Assembly (NCBI GenBank): GCA_965209155.1
Contig: OZ242383.1
Coordinates: 1,472,001 to 1,536,000, forward strand
Origin: a bacterium
GTDB lineage: Bacteria > SAR324 > NAC60-12
Length of the DNA: 64,000 nt
Direction of reading: 5' to 3'
In this document: positions 11,701 to 21,500 of the stretch, piece by piece
How the letters are laid out: each line of letters starts with the position of its first letter
Position numbering within the stretch: position 1 is the first letter of the stretch
Made by a program: the position numbers and the translations under genes
Notes under the pieces: model-generated
The model's database searches: none
What the model saw: only the letters and a program-made list of their open reading frames with translations
What the model was told of the DNA's origin: nothing

Positions 11701-12442
11701 GGCCATTACGGACTTTTTCCGCAGACACGCGATGCACCTTCCAGCCGTGCTGACGAAGCAATTCGTCGTGCTGACTATCATACGACTCCTGACCTGGATC
11801 TGAATGCTGTTGACCGTCCACCTCGAATACCCATTTCAGGTTTCCAATATGAAATGCGAAGTCAACATAGCCGTCGACAAGACGGCTTCCGCCATTGATT
11901 AAGTCGTTGATGTGTACTTGACGATGAATACGCCCTATTGTGCTAATGCCGAATGTGTCTTTGAACTGTTTGAGAAAGAGGTCTTCCTCTCTGCTGGTTA
12001 AACTTCGGAGTTCTGAAGGCAACACAAGTTCGCCGGTAAGATCCACTCCATCATTACGATAAGGTAAGGCAAGCAGATCATACGCCGCGTCAATGAAGTC
12101 ACGCAGATCAAATGGAAGATCGCTTGTTAACCGCATTCCGACTGCAGGACCTTCAGAGATCTCTTCGGTGTACAAAAACCCTAACTCAGGCATACTGAGC
12201 AGTGCTCGCTCGAAGTCCAAGTCAATTAACGTGGGGTTACCACGCACGATAATCTTGTCACAGATCGCGGTAAGCGATGCAAGTGCGGCATCATCCGTTT
12301 CGATTACGTTATCTGCTTCTATAACCCCGTGCCCGTTCTGTTGGAGCAATTCGTCTATCATAGCGATAAACTTTTCGCGGCCAACCGTCATTGTGTTCCA
12401 CAATCCAAGGCGTGCAGAGGCCGTGTACCGATAACTTTCCAT
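8780..12442 (-). CDS. RecQ-family SF2 helicase with N-terminal DUF559/Vsr-like endonuclease segment (1220 aa)
   Basis: LPTGGGKS, SPERL, DEVHCVSEWGHDFRPSY, LTGTA, ATKSFGMGIDKPNIR, YQEAGRAGR; N-terminal VDFAF....WVFEVDGQQH...D..L...GWKVHR. Confidence 0.85.
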   Translation of the reverse strand: MESYRYTASARLGLWNTMTVGREKFIAMIDELLQQNGHGVIEADNVIETDDAALASLTAICDKIIVRGNPTLIDLDFERALLSMPELGFLYTEEISEGPAVGMRLTSDLPFDLRDFIDAAYDLLALPYRNDGVDLTGELVLPSELRSLTSREEDLFLKQFKDTFGISTIGRIHRQVHINDLINGGSRLVDGYVDFAFHIGNLKWVFEVDGQQHSDPGQESYDSQHDELLRQHGWKVHRVSAEKVRNGLSDWFDFLKKRISSNELRMLNASTVHGSIRDIIETSRIHLAAFYSILLPLAVHRCMRGILQLYFHKILNPERTQRILVLEEDIPAVAESFRMLHILWSNLHTLAPSLPLAPHVHLDVKGESFIPILPDVQEIAIRNVESPDGDYDAVISHSFLLVKGCPGHSENICKLKSTRIRIRRAVGCHGERKLQWCKPVDYELEDVEREIVSVRDATTQSLPDDKYDTLRFFLRLIFRKRDFWDGQLDAITRLLQGKTSIALLPTGGGKSLIYQLVGLLFPGMTVVIDPLISLMEDQTENLRLAGIDLVDSISNMQSSKERNAVIRSVGEGRLSFVFISPERLQTKAFRSRLQSASNEFPISLVVIDEVHCVSEWGHDFRPSYLHMPRTLKSLCQSEKIDGNTCTPTLVGLTGTASFTVLTDIQIELDVTDEEAIVLPRSFDRKELRFEVKNVPVKEKSLALQTFKKQLPRKLNCNSQEFYNINGDKTNSGIIFCPHVDGELGVTSVAGEMEHSNFYAGHEPKVFSGDWNSHKKNIQNRFKQNLLQELVATKSFGMGIDKPNIRYTCHYTVPQSVEAFYQEAGRAGRNGIPGYALCAILYSDDNWKTAWDILNETNHQNALIRLEQINRKSRGDLLVQLWFLFNTYKGREKEKQLTTEFLMQQLAAGIRKIPHGAENTVEVKFRHENIERAIYRLMLLGVVKDYTIDWHKRHYEVTVMRINPECVKDNLRNYLLKYKFQDSTEDVMRQVPAKGYLSDTLKAAVHVLLDFTYDFIVAKRKQALRTMCELCRGFESNEDFREKILAYLQESEFSDELHQWMNRRFDEIGVTGIHELLRRVTILEEVRRLVGTVRRMLDEAPQNLALRYLSICARARSIESDSSVLQEAEIFAIQLSNNRERIKDLDEIIFGILENIDVHRSHLLEKVGDVLLRKNGDVSVARRMLGSPFANYQLIQSHSIKLVIAEVVAKCKQFGPKLSDL

Positions 12443-12460
12443 TGTTATGAACTCAACGTG

Positions 12461-12892
12461 TTACATAACCAGAAACAAAATTCCACCCATGCTTATGGCA
12501 ATGATCAAAGACAGTATCGCATATGCCAAAGTCGAAATCTGACGTGTTTTAGTGTGTAATGATTCAATGTGATTTCTTACCTGAATATTCGAGATGCTTA
12601 TTTCCTTTGTATTTTCTGACACTGACACTGCAACTTTCAACACTTCGGTGCGTATCATTTCTGGGAGTTTTGCGAAGTCGGTCGTGGCCTGATCTAGCCT
12701 TGCTAACAGTTCAGAGGATCGTTGCGAAAACTCATGTACTTCGTGCGTCAAATGTTCTGCACTACTGATTACCGCTTCGGATTTTTTATTGGTATCTCTG
12801 AGTAAACTATTGGCATCGCGCATTTTCGCTAATTCGTCGGCAATGTTTTGAATGGTTTGTTCGGCTTCAAGAATTTTATCGACGTCTGGCAT
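12461..12892 (-). CDS. Hypothetical coiled-coil protein with C-terminal transmembrane helix
   Basis: Heptad-like helical N-terminus and hydrophobic tail LAYAILSLIIAISMGGILFLVM; ends 18 bp before the helicase start. Confidence 0.7.
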   Translation of the reverse strand: MPDVDKILEAEQTIQNIADELAKMRDANSLLRDTNKKSEAVISSAEHLTHEVHEFSQRSSELLARLDQATTDFAKLPEMIRTEVLKVAVSVSENTKEISISNIQVRNHIESLHTKTRQISTLAYAILSLIIAISMGGILFLVM

Positions 12893-12930
12893 GCTTAGCT
12901 CTCTATGGTTTGATGTGTTCGTACGGATTA

Positions 12931-13575
12931 GAGTTATTGTCGAATTTTGGGGATGGCTATTCAGGTGGCGATCCTGTATTGAGGAATTCCATCGACAAAT
13001 TGTACTCCCTCTATCATTTCGGCTAATCGTTTAATTCCGTGTAATCGGATCCAATTTTTCTGAGCAGATTCCATTAATTTGAATGCCATCGTCAATACTT
13101 TATTTCTTGAGAAACAATCTCTTACTTTGGCAGTTCTCAGTTTGACGATATCTGCTCCGTGGAACTTTCACGGATACAGAACCAATTCCCGTCTGAATCT
13201 CCCGATCTTGATGATAGCCATGATGAACCAACTGATATTCTTTCATGAATACTTTTATCTCCAATTCCAATGCTTCCCTGAGTATCGCCCCTGACTTTCA
13301 CTCTCAAGAATTCACTCAAATGATCCTCAATAATTTGCTCTGGCTTCTCAAGATCCATCATGTTATGCTTGCTCTTCGGCGTGTCCTTTCCCCATTTTCA
13401 TGAGGACAAGCCTTTGATGTTATTCTATTTATGGTCAATTTCCATCAACAAGATACACCACCTCCCAATTTAGTCCATCCCCGTCTTTCGGACTATATCT
13501 CATTTATGGTCAATTTCCATCAACAAGATACACCACCTTGAAATTCAGTCCATCCCCAACTTTCGACTATATCTC
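12931..13575 (-). mobile_element. Internally deleted IS256-family element (645 bp, non-autonomous)
   Basis: Imperfect TIRs GAGTTATTGTCGAATTTTGGGGATGG (12931) and GAGATATAGTCGAAAGTTGGGGATGG (revcomp ending 13575). Transposase pieces HGYHQDREIQTGIGSVSVKVPRSR (N-term) and VKLRTAKVRDCFSRNKVLTMAFKLMESAQKNW...EGVQFVDG (C-term). No clean target duplication. Confidence 0.8.
13427..13575. repeat. Tandem duplication (~75 bp x2) of the IS256-derivative left end
   Basis: ATTTATGGTCAATTTCCATCAACAAGATACACCACCT...GACTATATCTC at 13427-13501 and 13502-13575. Confidence 0.9.
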
Positions 13576-13950
13576 TGCAATTATGAACAGCTATGGAAAG
13601 ACATGGCAACAAAGAAAATTGATGCACATGAGAAAGGAGACTGATGAGTGAGAAAAATCAAAGTGGTAGAAACCCTTCGCCACCTCCTGGATCGTATAAA
13701 AGGGAAGGATGCCACAAACCCTGGATGTCCAGCCCTCTTTTGCAATGCAAGGGGCGTAGATTCGATTGCTGAGGAGCGTGAGTGGATTAAAAAAGGCAAG
13801 GAGGGTTCAAGGCACAAATTAGTTCTCTATTGTCGCGATTGTGGACCTATCTACAGGATTGTAAGAGTATAGAAGAAAATCTAAATATTCGTCTGTAAAT
13901 TTTTTATATTAGAGTTTTTTAAATTCTAAAAAGAAATTAACGAGGTGTGA

Positions 13951-14235
13951 ATGGATGTAAAAGAAGCAGTGAGTACAGCAAAACAATATATTGTCAGTCT
14001 CTTTGACGGCGAAGAGATTCAGAATGTCGGACTGGAAGAGGTCGTGTTTGAAGAATTTCAAAAAAAGTGGAATGTAACTATTGGGTTCTCCCGGAGTTGG
14101 GAGAATACAGGATTCCTGACTACTGCATTTGGCGAGGTACGTACTAAACGATCATACAAAGTCTTATGTATCGATGATGTTAACGGTAAAGTCGAATCCA
14201 TGACAGACCGCGCCCTGCCCGAAAGGAAACGCTGA
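13951..14235 (+). CDS. Small hypothetical protein, coupled to the PIN gene (candidate antitoxin/partner)
   Basis: GAGGTG RBS; stop overlaps the next start (TGATG). Confidence 0.75.
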   Translation: MDVKEAVSTAKQYIVSLFDGEEIQNVGLEEVVFEEFQKKWNVTIGFSRSWENTGFLTTAFGEVRTKRSYKVLCIDDVNGKVESMTDRALPERKR

Positions 14236-14693
14236 TGATCCGAAAAGGACTATACATCGATTCGAGTCTACTTGTACTGCTTATTGTAGGCAGAGTGAGA
14301 CAAGACTTGATTTCCAAACACAGACGACTACGAGAATTTTCTGTGGAAGATTACCAGTGTTTGATCGATACGATCGACCAAGTGGCTCAGGTGTTCGTAA
14401 CGCCGAACACTCTGACCGAAACGTCTAATTTGCTTGCTCATCATAAAGAACCCGAACGCAGTCGCTTTTTTGACATGCTTGAAAACCTTATTGAGAAGAC
14501 AAAGGAAGTGATGGTTGCCAGTATAAAAGCATCGAAAATTCAAGAGTTCAGACGACTTGGGCTGACTGATGCAGTGTTTCTGATGGTTGCCACGGCAGAG
14601 ACTCCCTTGATAACCACGGATTTTAAACTGTACCACTCTGTTTCAACAAAAAATCCAAATGCCGTTATAAATTTCCGGCACCTTCTTCAATAA
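14235..14693 (+). CDS. PIN-domain protein
   Basis: YIDSSLL, TPNTLTETSNLL, GLTDA, LITTDF give the acidic PIN pattern. Confidence 0.8.
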   Translation: MIRKGLYIDSSLLVLLIVGRVRQDLISKHRRLREFSVEDYQCLIDTIDQVAQVFVTPNTLTETSNLLAHHKEPERSRFFDMLENLIEKTKEVMVASIKASKIQEFRRLGLTDAVFLMVATAETPLITTDFKLYHSVSTKNPNAVINFRHLLQ

Positions 14694-15005
14694 CTGCTCA
14701 CCGACAAAGCGAAGAAAGATGCGTTTTTTCAGATGATATGGGCCGACGGAGGTTATCGAGGGGAATCAGCCCAATGGTTATGGAATCGATTTCAATGTAA
14801 ACTCGAGATCACTCTAAAACTCCAGGGAACGGGCTTTCAGGTCCTACAGAAAAGGTGGATCGTCGAAAGAACCTTTTCGTGGTTTGGATGGTATCGAAGA
14901 CTCAACATCGATTTTGAAAGGAAAAAATAAATTCTGAAAACATTATCTACATTGCTATGATTCGATTGATGTTAAAGAGAATCAAATGACTTTCAAACAG
15001 GTTCT
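14694..15005 (+). mobile_element. IS5-family transposase 3' remnant with right end
   Basis: IWADGGYRG...KRWIVERTFSWFGWYRRLNIDFER, premature stop, then IYIAMIRLMLKR and end sequence TTTCAAACAGGTTCT. Confidence 0.85.
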
Positions 15006-15457
15006 AAGCGCATATTGCGCATCATAGTCATGATTAGTGATGGTATGAAGTAAGGCTTGAGAAACGCGGTAAAACTCTTGAACAGACAGCCTATTGGCAG
15101 CATAAGCCACTGCATGCGCAACAATATTCCCCAAGTGTAGAATCTCAATGCCAGTTCCCGGCAATCCCATACTCATCGCTGTCAGAGCAGTCGTACCAAT
15201 TCCTGAAAAGGGATCGAGGATTTGTGTCCCTTTTCCCGACTGGATAAGCTGTCGGATGAGCGCGGTGGAAAATCCCTCTTTGTACTTCATCCAGCGAAAT
15301 CCCACAGATTCTTTATTGCCTTGGTAGGACACAATTTTTCGAGAGAAGTACGGGTTCACCGACACTCGATCTGCAAATCGTCGATGCAGATCCGCTCGTT
15401 CACGCGTCAATCCAGCGTTCGGGGAGGCCAGAACAAACGCATCGTCAGGGAATAAAG

Positions 15458-16940
15458 GGGTGTAATTAAAAGTGAGGGGCATTTCAATTAAGCCCTTTGA
15501 AGTTGTTGCCAATAACAATCCCATTTTCCATTGGCTCTTACCACCCTGAGTTGAATCATCTGATCGGCATGTTGTTTTTTCCACCAAGCGCCAGGGAGTT
15601 TGAGCCTTTTTTGGATGAGGGAACGATGGGCGCTTTCAATTTTTCCAGAGCCGATAGGGAGTTGTTGATCAATAGCTGTTTTGTATTCAAACTGTCCGGG
15701 ACGATTTTTCATGTAACGTACCAAAGCGCGAATGGGGGCCTTTTCATTGGGAATAGATTCGGATTCTTGCCTGGATATAAATTGCTCTAACACGCTGTCA
15801 GCTCCTCCTTTTTTCAAGATTTGCTTCTGCTTTTTCAGGAACGGTGAGCCGTCTTCAAAAGCGGCTTGGCAGGCTGCACCAAGATAATCACAGAGATGAT
15901 AAAAATCGATGAGATAGTTCGCCTGAGCGCCAAAATGAGTTTCGATTTTTTCACAGATCCAAGGGGCTCCATCCCCTAAAGCATGAATCTTCGTCTGCTT
16001 TCCCAGTCCCGCTTTAAGCGCGACCTCTTTCATTTGAAAACCCGCTTCATCTCTGCCGTTCAAGGTTCCAGCATAAATGGAGTCGACACTTCCTCGAGCA
16101 TAGGCTAAGGAGGTAGTCCCTTCTTTCCAACTCACTTGACGCGTTTTTCTGCGATCCCCCGTAAAAGTAGAGTCTGCCGTCTCTACCAGAGGCACCATGG
16201 TGCCATCACTTTGCACTATCACCACCCCCGCCCCACTGGCCTCCCTGCTGGACTGCTGCTCTTCTTTCAGGGAGAAACATCTCTGACTGTGATGGAGGGT
16301 TCGCGCTCGAATACTGCTGGAAGGAATGTCAATGCCATAATGCTCCTTGAGTTTCTGGCTCGCTGCTGCAAAGGAGACATCGGCCCCAAAATCCACCATC
16401 GCTCGCTGCAGAGGCTCTGAATAACCTTGGCACTGAACCCCAATCGAGGCACTCAAGGGTCTCTGTCTTTTTCCTCGCCGTCCTTCCCTGAAAACAAGTT
16501 CTTCGATTCCAATGGGACCAAAGGTGCTGTGCCAATATATTTTTTTTTACCATCTCGGATCAGATCCGCTTTTTGAGAAGACTCTGCTTCTTTTATATCG
16601 GACTGATGGCCCAACCAGCCTTGAAGCACTTCCTGACCTAATTTACGCACTTCTTCAATCGTCCGCCTCTCAGCCTCATCGGCTGTTTGGCAACTCCCAT
16701 CGTCATTTTCGATAATCCCCAGAATGGATTCCATCCGATGGCGCAGGTGAGGATATTTCGACAGCCGTTCTGCTAATGAAAAAGATGACTCGTCACCTTC
16801 CCTTAGTTCTGAGTAACCTAAGCATTTTGACATTTTCAACTCCTGTTTGAAGGTCAATCATTCGAATACACTCCTACTTTCAAAATACTTAAAGCACATG
16901 TCCAGCTATTTCTCTCTGCCCCACACTTTTAATTACACCC
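15458..16940 (-). mobile_element. ISKra4-family (IS256-related) insertion sequence, copy 1 (1483 bp)
   Basis: 24-bp TIR GGGTGTAATTAAAAGTG(A/T)GGGGCA; 9-bp target duplication GGAATAAAG (15449-15457, 16941-16949); DDE motifs QSDG, GDGAPWI, DFYH, GSGKIES. Confidence 0.93.
15488..16857 (-). CDS. Transposase in two overlapping frames joined by a predicted -1 frameshift at an A9 tract
   Basis: ORF1 ...DGKKK; the -1 frame after A9 (16540-16548) reads IYWHSTFGPIGIEE...RQRPLSASIGV, continuous with the 322-aa DDE ORF. Confidence 0.8.
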
Positions 16941-17034
16941 GGAATAAAGTATATTGTTGCACTTTTTAATGCCATATGATTAGAGTGATGGATTTTCTGT
17001 TTATCTTATAACACAATTATATGGAAACAAGGCG

Positions 17035-17274
17035 ATGGTGCCTCTCATTCTCCCGGAGGACATTTTAATCGTCGACCGCAGTGTGGACCCGGTGGACAGC
17101 CGGGTGGCGGTCATCGCATTCGAAGGAGAACTGCTTTGCAAACGAGTAATTCGTTTCAGAAACGGCGTGATACTGAGATCGAACAATCCCGGCTACCAGG
17201 ATATACGAGATTTCAACGAAAGGGAAGTCGCCGTTCGGGGGATCGTGGTGGCCATCGCACGAGAAATTCAATGA
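17035..17274 (+). pseudogene. UmuD/LexA-like S24 peptidase C-terminal fragment
   Basis: EDILIVDRS...VI..EGELLCKR....GVILRSNNPGY..I......VRGIV; N-terminal half absent. Confidence 0.7.
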
Positions 17275-17458
17275 ACAAAGTATTCAACTTGGTCGACTGC
17301 AACACGTTCTACTGCGTCTGTGAGCTATTGTTCCGGCCCGACCTGCAGGGCCCATGACGCTGAGGGTGGCCTCATGCGGGGTTTACGACAAAGCATGGAA
17401 AATGAAACAGTCCAGAAAATCCCCGCGATCCCTGACCGGGTAAAGCGATATTCCTTAA
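17271..17458 (+). pseudogene. UmuC (Y-family polymerase) remnant: N- and C-terminus only
   Basis: MNKVFNLVDCNTFYCVCELLFRPDLQG joined (other frame) to TLRVASCGVYDKAWKMKQSRKSPR, resembling the UmuC C-terminal tail. Confidence 0.75.
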
Positions 17459-17650
17459 GCCGGCTGAATGCGCATTCCATTCAATGCGTATTCCACTCTT
17501 AAATTTCCAATCTTTCAAGCTTGCCCCCCCCTTGAAAACCATATTGACGAATGTCAATTTAAAAAATTGAATTTACTCTTGACATTCGTGAAGATCCGAT
17601 ATATCTTACAATATAATTTCAAACTTTATTTCAATTTTAGAAAATTAATT

Positions 17651-17935
17651 ATGACAAAAGATGAAGAAATCAAGGAATTATCAAAAACGATAATAGATGA
17701 AAAATTAGCAACAGAAGCTTTAACAAGATATATTCTGGCTTATCTTTTAATGAATAATCAGGTTAATAATGGATTTGAAACAATTAAAGAATATTGTAGA
17801 GACGATAAAAAAATTAACGATGAAATTAAACAAAAAATATTTAAAAGTTTGAATAAATACAATTTACAACTATCAAATTTTGAAGAAAAGATTAATGAAG
17901 CAGTTAGACTCCAATTATATAATGAATTATTGTAA
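17651..17935 (+). CDS. AT-rich hypothetical protein
   Basis: 94-aa open frame in low-GC DNA; no motif recognised. Confidence 0.4.
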   Translation: MTKDEEIKELSKTIIDEKLATEALTRYILAYLLMNNQVNNGFETIKEYCRDDKKINDEIKQKIFKSLNKYNLQLSNFEEKINEAVRLQLYNELL

Positions 17936-18305
17936 CTATTCAGGTATCTTCAGAAAACCCATCGATTTAAGCACAGATTTTGCGTAGCATAAAGTCTAAA
18001 AAGGACTTTATGCTCTCGAAAGTTAAAAAATATATTGATTCCCTTTCATCGATTCCCCACCTCGAGGCTCTTCAAGAAGCTAGTCAACTCTTTGAAAAAG
18101 AACGAGAGCCATGGAAGCAAGAGCGCTTAGAACTCAGATTTGCATCCCTGGCAAAGCGTTTACGATCATTATCGCCATTGGAAAAAACACTGGATTGAGG
18201 AGTGAACCTTCGCATTTTGGCTCATGATCATAAAGAAGCGGATTTCCCTGATTGATAGATTTTTCATTTTTTTTTACGAATCCTGCATTTTTTTTCATTT
18301 GGGGG

Positions 18306-18340
18306 TTGACATTATACAAATATATATATATATATATATT
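18306..18340 (+). promoter_or_regulatory. Putative nrdJ promoter region: TTGACA followed by a (TA)9 tract
   Basis: TTGACA at 18306-18311, (TA)9 at 18321-18338, TATATT at 18335-18340. Confidence 0.4.
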
Positions 18341-18515
18341 ACGCCAAAATTATGCCTTCACTAAGTTGTTATATAGATAGAATTACCGATCGATTGAAAA
18401 ATATCGTGGGAGAACGTGAAAACAATAGGTCCTCCCCGGGAATTTTATTTAAACGATAGTGAACTAAATGGTTTTTCAGATTCATGAATAGTTACGATTT
18501 TTATTCTGGAACGCT

Positions 18516-21500
18516 ATGTCGTTGGGGAGAGCCGGACTTAAAATCGATCGATTATATACCAGGGAGGGTCGAGATCCTTTCGAGTCCATAGAATTCTCGA
18601 CTTCGTCTTCGGTGATTCGCAACCCCGACGGTTCGGTGGTTTTTGAATGGAAAGAAGTCACGGTTCCGAAAAGCTGGTCTCAAATCGCCACCGACATCAT
18701 CGCCCAGAAGTATTTTCGCAAAGCCGGGATACCCCGGTATTTAAAACCTGCCAAAGAAAAAAACATCCCTGTCTGGTTACAGCCTTCCGTGGCAGACAAA
18801 GCAAAACTGGCAAACCTGCCTGAATCGGAACAAACCACCGTCGAAACGGATTCACGCCAACTCTTTCGTCGCATGGCCGGATGCTGGACTTACTGGGGTT
18901 TCAAGCACGGCTACTTCGACAGCGAGAGGGATGCTAGGTCGTTTCATGACGAGATGGGCTACATGCTGGCCAGCCAGGTGGCGGCTCCCAACTCTCCCCA
19001 ATGGTTCAATACGGGGCTCAACTGGGCTTATGGGATTGAAGGTCCCTCCCAAGGCCACCACTACATCGACCCCGGCACGGGACAGGTGACCCCATCCAAA
19101 GACGCTTACACCCATCCACAACCCCACGCGTGTTTCATCCAGTCCGTCAAAGACGACCTGGTGCAAGAGGGCGGCATCATGGATTTGTGGACCAGAGAGG
19201 CCCGCTTGTTCAAGTACGGATCGGGCACCGGCACCAATTTTTCAGATCTCCGCGGCGGCAAGGAGCCGCTTTCCGGGGGGGGTGTTTCTTCCGGGCTGAT
19301 GTCGTTTCTCAAAATAGGTGATACCGCCGCCGGTGCCATCAAGTCGGGAGGAACCACGCGCCGGGCTGCCAAGATGGTTTGCCTGGATATGGATCACCCG
19401 GATATCGAATCCTTTATCAACTGGAAGGTCGTGGAAGAACAAAAAGTGGCTGCCATGGTGGCCGGTTCCAAAACCATAGCCGGTCTTCTCAATGAATTGT
19501 TCGACGCCATTCACGGCTGGGATGGAGAAGCGGGAAGCCTCCCGGAAGAAAAATACGATCGCAAAAAAAACCGTGCGCTTTACAAAACCATCCGCAAAGC
19601 GCAGCAGTCCCATGTCCCCCCAAACTACATCGAACGCATTATTCAACTCGCACGCCAGGGTTACACGGGAATCGATTTCGCAGAGTACGACACGGACTGG
19701 AATTCGGAAGCCTATGGGACGGTTTCCGGTCAAAACGCCAACAACTCCGTGCGTATCGACAATGATTTCATGCAAACCCTGCAGCAAGACGGCGACTGGA
19801 ATCTTTACTGGCGCACCGAAAAAATGCACGCGGCTGCCGAAGGCCGCACTCCGCAATCCTGTAAAACCTTGAAAGCCTCTGAATTGTGGGAACAAATTGC
19901 TTACAACGCCTGGTCTTCCGCCGATCCGGGAATTCAATTCGACACGACCATCAATGAATGGCACACCTGCCCGGAAGGGGGACCGATCCGTGCCTCCAAT
20001 CCTTGCAGCGAATACATGTTCCTGGATGATACCGCCTGCAACCTGGCCTCGTTGAACCTGATCAAATTTCAAGATCCGCAGACTCGAGAATTCGACGTCA
20101 AGAGCTTCCGACATGCCGTGCGCCTGTGGACGATTGCCTTGGAAATCAGCGTGCTGATGGCCCAATTTCCCAGTAAACGGATTGCGGAATTGTCATACAA
20201 CTACCGCACCTTGGGACTGGGATACGCGAACCTGGGAACCTATTTGATGACCTCGGGCATTCCTTACGATTCGAACAAGGCCACTGCAATTTGTGGTGCC
20301 ATCACCGCCATCATGCACATGACCGCTTATGCCACTTCCGCAGAAATGGCCCGGGAACTGGGGCCATTCCCCGAATATGAAAACAATCGTCGACATGTAT
20401 TGCGGATTGCGCACAACCATCAACGGGCAGCTTACCGCGTACCCGATACCGAATATGAAGGACTGACCATCAAACCCGTGGGCATCGACAGTCGCTATTG
20501 TCCGCCGGATTTACTCAAGGCGGCCCAGGAAGCCTCCGACGAAGCGCTGGAATCGGGAGAACGACACGGATTCCGCAACGCACAGGTGACCGTCATCGCG
20601 CCAACCGGGACCATCGGACTGGTGATGGATTGCGACACCACCGGAATCGAACCCGATTTCGCCTTGGTCAAATTCAAGAAGCTGGCGGGGGGGGGGTATT
20701 TTAAAATCATCAACCAATCCATTCCTCCTGCATTGCGAAAGCTGGGTTACCACGAATCGCAGGTTGCCGACATCGTCAATTACGTCAAAGGTCAAGGCAC
20801 CTTGCAGGGCAGTCCCTGCATCAACCCGGAGGCTTTGAAACTGAAAGGATTCACGGAAGACGCGCTCGAGCGTGTCGAATCTCAATTGTCCACCACCTTC
20901 GATATCACGTTCGTCTTCAACAAGTGGGTGCTGGGAGAAGAATTTTGCAAACAAACCCTGGGACTGGGGGAAGAAAAGCTGGACGAAGCGCATTTCCTCA
21001 AAGCCCTGGGATTTTCCGAAAAGGAAATTGAAGCAGCCAACGATTATATCTGCGGCACCATGACGATCGAAGGGGCGCCTCACTTGAAAAAAGAACACTA
21101 CTCCGTTTTCGACTGCGCCAACAAGTGTGGTCGGAAGGGGAAACGCTACATCGCCCCGCACGCGCATATCCACATGATGGCCGCTGCGCAACCATTCATC
21201 TCCGGGTCCATTTCCAAAACCATCAACCTGCCCGAACATGCTTCCATTTCCGACATCAAGGACGCCTACAAGCGCTCCTGGGAACTGGGTTTGAAATGCA
21301 ATGCGCTTTACCGGGATGGCAGCAAATTGAGTCAACCCCTCAACACCAACGTGGATGAAGCGGCCTGGGACGACGCGTGGGAAGCCGCAGAGGAACAATC
21401 TCCGGAAGTGCGAATTGCCGAGCGCATCGTCCATCGTTACCTGGCGAAACGGCGGCGCCTGCCTCAACGACGGAAGGGATACACGCAAAAAGCGATTGTC

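Larger units (their letters stand above)
15006..16962 (-). pseudogene. Amino-type DNA methyltransferase, disrupted by the ISKra4-type element near its start and truncated at the IS5 remnant
   Basis: Removing the IS restores GTG-QQYTLFPDDAF...SYQGNKESVGFRWMKYKEGFS...ILDPFSGIGTT (SAM-binding motif I); coding pieces at 16941-16962 and 15006-15457. Confidence 0.75.

Noticed and set aside
13427..13575. Possible mini-CRISPR (37-bp identical repeats about 75 bp apart)
   Set aside because: Only two units, the apparent spacers resemble each other and contain the IS256 TIR, and there are no cas genes.
13648..13872. 74-aa ORF with four cysteines upstream of the PIN pair
   Set aside because: The start is ambiguous (the RBS also fits an ATG in another frame) and no family was recognised.
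14982..15587. ORFs starting MVEKTTCRSDD (also at 36495-36827)
   Set aside because: Chimeras that begin inside the IS end and read into flanking DNA; only the MTase part of the first is meaningful.
18200..18515. Cobalamin riboswitch upstream of nrdJ
   Set aside because: The leader is AT-rich and shows no recognisable B12-box elements.
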